This document shows, one piece after another, positions 47,444-56,300 of a DNA stretch of 64,000 nt (positions are counted from its first letter, which is position 1; each line of letters opens with the position of its first letter). Position numbers and translations under genes: made by a program. The stretch comes from an uncultured Gammaproteobacteria bacterium (GTDB lineage: Bacteria > Pseudomonadota > Gammaproteobacteria > Arenicellales > CALHMG01): the NCBI GenBank assembly GCA_938034705.1, contig CALHMG010000046.1, forward strand, positions 11,263-75,262, read 5' to 3'. The notes under the pieces were generated by a model that did not search any database, had not been told where the DNA came from, and saw only the letters and a program-made list of their open reading frames with translations.

Positions 47444-48172
47444 ATGAACGAACCAGAAAACAACAAGGGCAACACGCCCACTCGAGCCTCGGTTTCACAG
47501 ATGATGTCGAGGGAGTCATGGAAGATCTTCCAGATCATGGCGGAGTTTGTCGAAGGCTTTGAAAAGCTTTCCCAGATTCATCCTTCGGTGAGCATATTCG
47601 GCTCCGCGCGAACGCCCGAGGATCATCCTTACTACGGCATCGCCGAGGACATCGCCCGGCGCCTGTCAGATTCGGGATTCGCCGTCGTCAGTGGCGGCGG
47701 ACCCGGCATCATGGAGGCCGTCAACAAAGGTGCCCAGGCCGGGGAAGCGCCGAGCATCGGTGTCAACATCGTGTTGCCCAACGAAGAAAAGCCCAACCAG
47801 TATCAGGACATCAGCTTAAGCCATAAGTTCTTTTTTGCGCGCAAGGTCATGTTCGTCAAGTACGCCTCGGCCTATGTCGTGATGCCGGGCGGCTTTGGCA
47901 CTCTCGACGAACTGGCCGAAATCCTGACGCTCATTCAGACGGGCAAAAGCCGACGAATCCCCATAATTCTGGTGCATTCCCCCTTCTGGGAGGGTCTGCT
48001 CGACTGGTTTCGAAATACACTGGTAAAAGAAGGCACTATCAGCGCAGAAGATCTGGACCTGATGACGGTTCTTGACGACCCAAAAGAAATCGTCGACGTC
48101 ATATTTAGGTACTATGAGAAGCGCGGCATGGAGCCCACCGCCGAGGAAGCCGAAAGACAGCTCAACCTGTAG
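47444..48172 (+). CDS. LOG family (TIGR00730) Rossmann-fold nucleotide-binding protein
   Basis: 242 aa from the ATG at 47444. It has SIFGSAR, VVSGGGPGIMEA and MPGGFGTLDELAEILTLIQT (PGGxGTxxE). Confidence 0.85.
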   Translation: MNEPENNKGNTPTRASVSQMMSRESWKIFQIMAEFVEGFEKLSQIHPSVSIFGSARTPEDHPYYGIAEDIARRLSDSGFAVVSGGGPGIMEAVNKGAQAGEAPSIGVNIVLPNEEKPNQYQDISLSHKFFFARKVMFVKYASAYVVMPGGFGTLDELAEILTLIQTGKSRRIPIILVHSPFWEGLLDWFRNTLVKEGTISAEDLDLMTVLDDPKEIVDVIFRYYEKRGMEPTAEEAERQLNL

Positions 48173-48244
48173 CTCGGATGTTTCGGCGGTGTGACTCGGA
48201 TTGCGACGCGCACCGGTAAGACGACAGTGGAAGAGGGTGTAGAG

Positions 48245-48769
48245 ATGGTTCACAGAATCAAGCGAAACGGAACAGACAGCAGAACTCGCCGAGCCGCGAT
48301 AGCGGCACAACGGTCCAGGACCAAAGCCATCGCGATAGATGCCCCGGGCGATCAATGTGGCAATGCGTCGAGCAAGCCGACGCCGGGTGTCGACGCTCTG
48401 CGCATCTTCGTGACGCTGCTTCTTGTTGCCGGTGCCGGCGCTATGTGTGCGACCGCTCTTGCACAGAACACGACGGTTACCGACGCGCCTGACGCACCGC
48501 CACCGCTGACGGCAGCGGACCTCGAGCGCTCTCTGAATTCAGACAATCCGCAACAGGCCGCGAGCGCCACGAATCGGGCGCCGCGAACGACTGACGGTGT
48601 GGTGACCGAGTATCGCGACGGCAATCGCACCTATCTGATCCAGGTTAACCCCCAAACCGGCGCCCGTTACTACGTCAACGACGCCGACGGAAACGGCAGT
48701 CCGGAGTCATATCGGGATAATGCCGAGTCTGACGTAAACATCGGCAAGTGGAAGATCACAAGCTGGTAG
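48245..48769 (+). CDS. DUF2782-like secreted protein
   Basis: It has a signal-like segment (LRIFVTLLLVAGAGAMCATALA). The C-terminal VTEYRDGNRTYLIQVNPQTGARYYVNDADGNG matches my recollection of DUF2782. Its position between polA and thrB is as I recall for Pseudomonas. The start is uncertain. Confidence 0.55.
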   Translation: MVHRIKRNGTDSRTRRAAIAAQRSRTKAIAIDAPGDQCGNASSKPTPGVDALRIFVTLLLVAGAGAMCATALAQNTTVTDAPDAPPPLTAADLERSLNSDNPQQAASATNRAPRTTDGVVTEYRDGNRTYLIQVNPQTGARYYVNDADGNGSPESYRDNAESDVNIGKWKITSW

Positions 48770-48865
48770 TACCCGCTCCGGGCAGCGTTGTTGCCACAGC
48801 GGCCGCCTGGATTTAAAGCGCGGGCTGCGTCATCAATCAATCTGCCGCGAGACGCCTGCTGCCCC

Positions 48866-49804
48866 ATGTCCGTTTTCACCAGTGTCAGTAAAGATGAACT
48901 GACAGATTTCCTCACGGCCTACGATGTCGGCACGCTGGTCGAACACACCGGCATCGAAGACGGCATTGAGAACAGCAACTTCTTCTGTACCACCACAGGT
49001 GGCGAATTCGTACTGACGCTGTTCGAGCGAGTTCCGAGCGAAGATGTTCCGTATTTCATGGACCTCACCGCGTGGCTGGCCGACAACGGTGTTGCCTGCG
49101 CACACCCCGTTGCCGGCAAAGACGGATCCTACTCCAGAATCCTCAATGGCAAGGACGCCGCCCTCGTCCAGCGTTTGCGTGGCAAGGAGCTTGCAACGAT
49201 TGAACCTCAGCATTGCCATGCCGTCGGTGCTGAGCTTGGAAAACTGCATCTTGCCGGGATGACGTTTCGCCACGAACGCGAAAACGCTTTTGGAATACCG
49301 TGGCTGAAGAGCACGATTGAACTGGTTACTCCAAAATGCGACGAGTCAACAATTGAACTGATGCGCTCGCAGCTTGCCGATTTTCAGCGCGTATCCGCCG
49401 ACCTGCCCACCGGCACCATCCACGCTGACATGTTTACCGACAACGTTCTGTTTGACCATGACCGGCTCTCCGGTGTCATAGATTTCTACTACGCGTGTAA
49501 CGAATTCCTGGTTTACGACCTCGCAATAACCATCAACGACTGGTGCAAGCAAGACGACGGCAGTCTCGAACAACAGCGTTTGAAGTCACTGACTGAAGGT
49601 TATGAGAGCGTCCGGCCTCTGGAAGCCATCGAACGTTCGGCGATGCCGGTAATGTTGCGGCGGGCCGCGTTCAGGTTTTTCCTGTCTCGACTGAAAGACA
49701 AGGTATTTCCAAGACAGGGCGAAATGGTCAAAATCAAGGATCCTGAAGTGTTCAGGCGCATTCTCAATCATCATCTTGAAACACAGAGCACGAGCACCGG
49801 TTGA
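48866..49804 (+). CDS. thrB: homoserine kinase (type II, aminoglycoside-phosphotransferase fold)
   Basis: 312 aa from the ATG at 48866. It has MSVFTSVSKDELTDFL..GIENSNF and the kinase core HADMFTDNVLF..VIDFY. Confidence 0.85.
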   Translation: MSVFTSVSKDELTDFLTAYDVGTLVEHTGIEDGIENSNFFCTTTGGEFVLTLFERVPSEDVPYFMDLTAWLADNGVACAHPVAGKDGSYSRILNGKDAALVQRLRGKELATIEPQHCHAVGAELGKLHLAGMTFRHERENAFGIPWLKSTIELVTPKCDESTIELMRSQLADFQRVSADLPTGTIHADMFTDNVLFDHDRLSGVIDFYYACNEFLVYDLAITINDWCKQDDGSLEQQRLKSLTEGYESVRPLEAIERSAMPVMLRRAAFRFFLSRLKDKVFPRQGEMVKIKDPEVFRRILNHHLETQSTSTG

Positions 49805-50223
49805 TGTTTAACACAATCGCCAGAATGACGGCCCTCATTGTCCTGGTTACGGTCGCGATGCCATTTGACGCGATCGCCGACAAGCGCACTCTCATCCGCT
49901 TTTACAAGACGATCAACGACGAGGGGCAGGAGCGCGCGCTCATGATGATCAAAAACGATGACGAGCCGGGTTGTCAGACCGTCCACAGCCTGCGCAAGGC
50001 CAGTCGTGTTGCCGTAATGGGCTTTGAATATTGCGAGATCTACGCAGAACCGGAGTGTGCCGCCGAGACCAGAATTCACCCGCTATGGGCGAAGAAAAAG
50101 AACAAAACGGAAAAGCTGATCGACCGCGCCAAAAATGGCCGCATGACCCAGGGCACGCGTTGGATGCTCGGCAGCGGTGACAACGTCGGATTCAGATCGT
50201 TTCGCTGCGAGCGCACGCCCTGA
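49804..50223 (+). CDS. hypothetical small secreted protein (4 Cys)
   Basis: 139 aa. The ATG overlaps the thrB stop (TGATG). It has signal peptide MFNTIARMTALIVLVTVAMPFDAIA. I recognise no family. Confidence 0.45.
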   Translation: MFNTIARMTALIVLVTVAMPFDAIADKRTLIRFYKTINDEGQERALMMIKNDDEPGCQTVHSLRKASRVAVMGFEYCEIYAEPECAAETRIHPLWAKKKNKTEKLIDRAKNGRMTQGTRWMLGSGDNVGFRSFRCERTP

Positions 50224-50244
50224 CGCCAATCACCTGACAGCAAT

Positions 50245-50279
50245 AAAAAAGGGCGACAGCGTCATCAACGCTGTCGCCC
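50245..50279 (-). terminator. intrinsic terminator of the giant repeat-protein gene
   Basis: GGGCGACAGCG (50251-50261) pairs with CGCTGTCGCCC (50269-50279). On the minus strand the hairpin is followed by T6 (plus-strand A-run at 50245-50250). Confidence 0.65.
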
Positions 50280-50342
50280 CCGGACTTCAGAACAGAACAC
50301 CCTGAACGGTTTCCCGCATGGCGTCAGTTCTTTCCGATTTCC

Positions 50343-53300
50343 CTAGATGTCAGTTGGCACGACCAAAGCATCATCCACCGACGTCTCTCCTGACTCTACG
50401 GCAACGCCTTCAGCCGCCAGCGGATCCGCGGTTTCCTGTGCGGTCGCGGCATCGTCCGCAGGCGTCAGCGCTTCGTCTGCCAGGGGGTCAGCATGAGCTT
50501 CTACCCGGGGTTCCTGCGCGCTGTCGTTAGCGTCGATATCTTCCGTCCAGTTGCTTGACGTCGCGGGTGCGTCGTTCTCAAGCATCGCGTCCACGATTGC
50601 ATCTTCAGTCGTGTCGTCAGTTGCCTCTTCAGTCTCAACTTCCGTTTCAATCACATCGGTCGATGATGCAACCGCTGGTGCCGTCGTGCTTGAAGCCGCA
50701 TGCATTTCCATGCTGTCGACCGCCGAAGCACTGTCTGCGGCTCGGAACTGCTGCGTCTCTGTCACCGCAACCTTCAACGTTGTTGACGCTGTCGCAACAT
50801 CACCACTGTCTTCGGTCGCGACGGCTTCAACGTTGAGGTTAAGCTCGCCTACAAAGTCCTCGGCCGCCGTCACCTTCAGCGTGGACAGATCCGAACGGGC
50901 CACGGTCCAGCTTCCGTCTTCGTTGCGACTGCCGGCAGACAGTGTCGCGTCGTCCGGCAACCCGGTCACAACTACGTCAAGCTGTTCTGATCCATCGAGA
51001 TCCGTGAGTTCAGCCTGGATGTTCAGTGCGATTTCGCTATTGCTTTCGCCCTCCACATCCTGCGCTGAAACAACCGGTGCATCGGCAACTCCTGCGACGT
51101 CAACCTCGAATCGTTTGGTATTCACGACCTGACTGTCGTTAGAGCTCTCGACGGTCGTTGTGATCAAAGTCATCTCGACAACACCACTGAAATTCTCAGG
51201 CGTCATCATGGTAACGAGTGCAAGGTCTGCCGAGTTCACGTTCCAGCCGCCATCAACACGCTGGGTACCGTGACTCAACGAACCGCCTTCGGGTACGCCG
51301 GTAACAATCGCTGAGAGCGTTTCCGACCCGTCGTCGTCACTCAGTCGAGCGGCGAGATCCAGAGCAATTGCTGTATCTTCTTCGCCCGAAACATCGTTGG
51401 CGGTGACATCCGCATCGTCAGCTGCAGCCTCGACCCGAACGCGCACCGTGGTGTCTGTCCTTGCCTGGTCGCCAGTCGCTTCGGTTGAAACAACCGTCAC
51501 GGACATGTCGAAGTCATCGCTGCTGTTCGCAGGTGGCGTCACCGTCAGACCGTCAAGGTCCTCACCAGCGACTTCCCAGCCGTCGGCGCCCATCTGGCCG
51601 CTTGAGAAAACCGCGCCCTCCGGGTAGTCCGAAAACACTGCGCTCAGTGTTTCGGAACCGTCTGCGTCAACCAGTGACGCATTCAGCAATACCGGGATCG
51701 CATTGTCTTCAATACCGTACGCAGACTGCGGGTCTACGGTTGGCGCATCCGCGATGCCAAGCACGGTGACACTGAAAGGAACGGTCGGTGTCTGAGCGGT
51801 TTCGCCCGTATCCATCTCCATGGAGATGCCGGTTATACCCATCTCGATTTCGCCACTGAAATCCTCTGGTGGATTCAGAGAGAGACCGTTGAGCTGGTCA
51901 CCGGTGACTGTCCAGGTTCCATCACCGTTGTTGAAGCCCGTCGACAAAGTCGCGCCGTCCGGAATGCCGTCGATGCGAACCGACATCACTTCCGATCCGT
52001 CGGTGTCCACAAGGTTCGCCGACAGATTCAGTGCAACGCTGTCATCTTCAACACCCTGCACGTCGCTCGCAACGACAGTTGGCTGATCAGGATTCGACGC
52101 CACGCTGAAAGACACTTTGCTGCTCGTGACTGCCTGATCGCCATTTGGCTCTTCGGTGGTCGCGTTAACGGTAACGTTGAACGCACCATGGGCATGCTGT
52201 GGTGGCACGATCTGAACGGTATCAAGCGCGGTCGGATCAACTTCCCAGGTGCCGTCACCGTTGTCGGTTGCGTTAATCAACGTTGCGCCTGCTGGCAGAC
52301 CGCTGATGTTCACAGCTACGACCTTCTCGGAACCGTCTTCGTCCGTGGTCTCAACCATAAGGTTCAGATCAAGGGCCGTGTCTTCCACGCCAACTTCTGG
52401 CACACCACCAATCTCGGCTTCATCGGCTACCGGCACGACGTAGACGTTGGCTGGCTTCAGATTGACGGCATAGTCACCGCTTTGCTCTGTTGCAACAGCA
52501 CCTACGGTGAAGTCCATATCGCCACTGAAATCTTCCGGCGGCGTAACGGTCAGCCCTTCCATATCTTCTGGCGTCAGCGTCCACACCCCGCTGATGGGGT
52601 TCAGATAACCCGCTGACAGCGTTGCGCCTTCTGGCAGATCTTTGACGACGAAAGAGAGCTTCTCTGACCCGTCGAGATCAAAAATCTCACCCGTCACGGT
52701 AATGGAAATTGGCGTGTCTTCGTCGCCGCCCTCGGTTGAGAGCTCAACATCGGGCATGTCGGCAACGCCGAGCACCTCAACCAGCGCACCTGAAGTACCC
52801 TCGTTTCCATGCTCGTCTATCCAGCTGAATTTCAGCCGCATGTCATCGTCGCTGTCCTTTGAAGGAATCAGGGCAAGGTCTGCGGTATCTTCAATATCAA
52901 CCGTCCAGGTACCGTCTTCACCTCGAGTGCCGGCTGAAAATTCTACGTCAGCTGGAACATCAGAGATAACTACCTGGCGTGCGCCGCGCTCTTCGAGCTT
53001 GGAAATGTCAAAGCCAATGTAGTTGTCCTCAAGACCAAAAAAATAGAAATCGCCAGGACCGGTTGTTCGATCAACGTCCATCACAAACGTGGTCGTGTTA
53101 CTCGCGATGTCGCCGTCATTCTCACGTGACACTGCTCGTACCGTGAGGTGCAGTTCGCCTTTGTAGTGAAAAGGCGATGTGCCTGTCAGACCTTCCAGAT
53201 GCGCCTCTGGCACCGTCCAGGTTCCGTCACCATTGTTGAATCCCTTGTTGAAGTGCATGCCTTTGGGAATGTCTTCAATAATGAAATACAGGGTTTCAGA

Positions 53301-56300
53301 GCCGTCGAGATCATTCAGTTGACCACCGAAATCAAGCGCAATAGGCGTGTCGGATTTTCCCGATACGTCATAAGCCCAGACGTCCGGCGTGTCTGCATCA
53401 CCAATCACGTTAACGTTCATGCTTCGGTCAAATGTCGCGGTAGTACCGTCAGCTTCTTCCACCGTTGACTCAACTGTCAGACGAAAATCAACATTCGAGT
53501 TGTAGCCCGGATGCACGCGCAGTCCGTCAAAGTCGCCAGGACTAACCTGCCAGACACCGCTTTCAATCTCGGTACCGGCACTCAGACGCGCTCCGACCGG
53601 AACACCGCGAACGATCGCGCCAACAACAGTTTCAGATCCGTCGATGTCAGTCGTTCGGGGAACGATATCGATTTCAACAGAGGTGTCCTCGAGAACGAGT
53701 GTGTTCGAGAGACCACCCGGCGTATCCACAACACCATCCACCTGCACATTGAACGTGCGGCTGGTGCTGGTTGAGTCGCCATCGTTTTCAGTACTGATGA
53801 CCCGCAGGCTCATCTCGACGTTACCGCTGAAATCACGCGGAGGCGTCATGGTCAGCGACGGCAGATCTGCCGGATCGATCGACCACGTACCGTTGCCGTT
53901 ATAAAGGCCATGGGAGAGTCGGGCGCCGCGAGGCAGCCCGCCAAGCACCACCGACACCTGCTCCGATCCATCGATATCGGCTACCTCGGCTCCAATGTTG
54001 AGCGCGATCGCCGTATCTTCGTCACCACGCGTCTCGCCGACTGTCGCAACTGGCGTGTCGGCTACACCGGTAACCTTGACCGGCAGGGCCAGAGTAATCG
54101 TCGAGGTGTCACCATCGGCTTCGGTCGTCACCGCCGTTACCGCCAGGGAGAAATCCTCGTTCGAGTCTTTCGGTGGAGTAATCGTCAATCCAGCGACGTC
54201 GGCGGCACTCAGGCTCCAGGTGCCGTCACCGTTCTGTCGACCGGCTGACAGCTTCGCGCCACCGGGAACTTCGGCAATGACGAAAGACAGCGTTTCTGAA
54301 CCATCTGAATCGATGAGGCTGGAACGAATATCGAGCGCAATTGCGTTGTCCTCGAGACCTTCGGCAGGACGGATATCAAGATGTGCACGATCGGCCACGC
54401 CTTTGACGTAGAGCGAAAACGGAACTGCTGAATGCGCGGCGTCACCATCAGATTCAGTAGCCGCTGCGTCCATTTCGAGATCGATACGACCGCTGAAGTG
54501 GCGCGGAGGCGTCAAAGTGAGATCTGCCAGTGACTCGGGCGCCACGCTCCATACGCCGCTTGAAATTTCTGTTCCCGCGGAGAGTACTGAACCTGCCGGT
54601 ACGCCCTTGATGAGGACAGACAGCGTTTCAGAACCGTCCGTATCCACGAGGCCGGCATTCAGCTCGAGATCGATTGGCTGATCTTCTTCACCGTTGGTGT
54701 CCAGCGCGTTTACAACAGGCGCATCTGCCACACCGGTGAGCTTCACGGACATGTTGCGTGAAGTTGAACGGGTGCTGCCGTTGCTTTCAATCGTCTCAGC
54801 CGTGATTCGAATAGAAAAGTCCTGATTGCTGTGCAACGGTGGAGCGAGAGTCAAGCCAACGAGTTCTTCTTCGGAAAGCGTCCAGCTGCCATCTCCGTTG
54901 TCGATTCCTGCCGACAGCGTGCTGCCTTCGGGGAGTCCGCTGAGGACAACGCTACCCACCCGCTCGGAGCCGTCTTTGTCGCTTGGTGAGATGCTGATCG
55001 ACAGAGGCACCTGGCCATCTTCGAGACCACGAGCGGTTTTGCGCGTGATCAAGGCCGCGTCCGCAACCGCATCAATGCTGACGACAAGCGAACCTGCCGT
55101 TGTAGCGACATCACCATCGTTTTCGGTAGAAACCGCGCTGACGCCAAGAACGATCTCGCCGCTGAAATTCTGTGGCGGTGTGATCATCAGGCCTTCAAGG
55201 TCATCCTCAGTGAGGCTCCAGCTGCCGTCTTCGTTGGCGACACCCTGGTTCAGGGATGCACCCTCGGGCACATGGTCAACGATGAACGAAAGCGTTTCTG
55301 ATCCATCAAGGTCAGTCAGCGCACCACCAAAGTTGATAGCCACCGGCAGGTCTTCAGTGCCCACAGCGTCCTCTGTCACCAGAGTCGGCGCATCTGCCAC
55401 ACCCGTTACGCGCACAGGCAGATCAATGGTCGTGGATGCGCGCTCGCCGCTGCTCTCAACAGAGGTTGCGGTGACGACGAGCATCATGTCTTCGTTGCTG
55501 TCCGCCGGTGCAGTAATCGTTGCGTTAGCGAACTGATCAGATGTCAGCGTCCAGGTGCCGTTTCCGTTGTCGACACCCGTTGAAAGCATCGCACCTTCGG
55601 GCAGGTTGCCGATTACTACGGATTCGATGCGCTCGGAACCATCGATATCAACCAGCGCTGCTGTCAGCGCCAGGTCGATTGGCTGGTCCTCGTAGCCGCG
55701 CGCGCCACCGGTGCCTGCATTATCTGTGGTGTCGAACTGAAGCGATCCAGTCCACCACATCTTTTTCATGCCCGTAAACACCTTGCCGTCGGCGCCACGA
55801 ATGAACTGTGCACTCATGGAGTCGTAACTGGTGCCGTTGACCTCGAGTTCGTGAACGACAAGGTTGCGATCTTTACCGGGACCTTCCCATCGGTCATTTA
55901 GAAATTTCACTTCCACCGAAGCCGGGCCGTCCAGACCGAACTGGCCAGTGATTTCCAGCGTTTCCGTTTCGTTGTTGGCGAAGTCGGCTTCGACGGTGTA
56001 GGTATCACCGTACTGCTCGCCGTTGATGAAAATCTGATAATCAGGCGCACCTTTGTAGTGCTGACCCGAAACGGTCAGACGGATCGAACTGGTGAGGCCA
56101 TCACCATTGTCGTGAATAAACGCAGGCGCATCTGCAACCGCACCTACCGCAACAGACAGAGTCGACACTTTGCTGGCGGTGTCGCCCGTATCCTTTTGGG
56201 TCGAGATAACCTCAACCTTCAGATCGAACGGCTCGTCGCTATGCAGCGGCGGTGTTATCGTCAGTCCTTCGAGTTCATGGGCTGCCAGAAACCAGTTGCC

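Noticed and set aside
50754-55703. Regular ~333-nt periodicity that could superficially suggest a repeat array or CRISPR.
   Set aside because: The period is far too long, the copies are diverged, and there is no repeat/spacer structure. The periodicity is fully explained by in-frame ~111-aa protein repeats.
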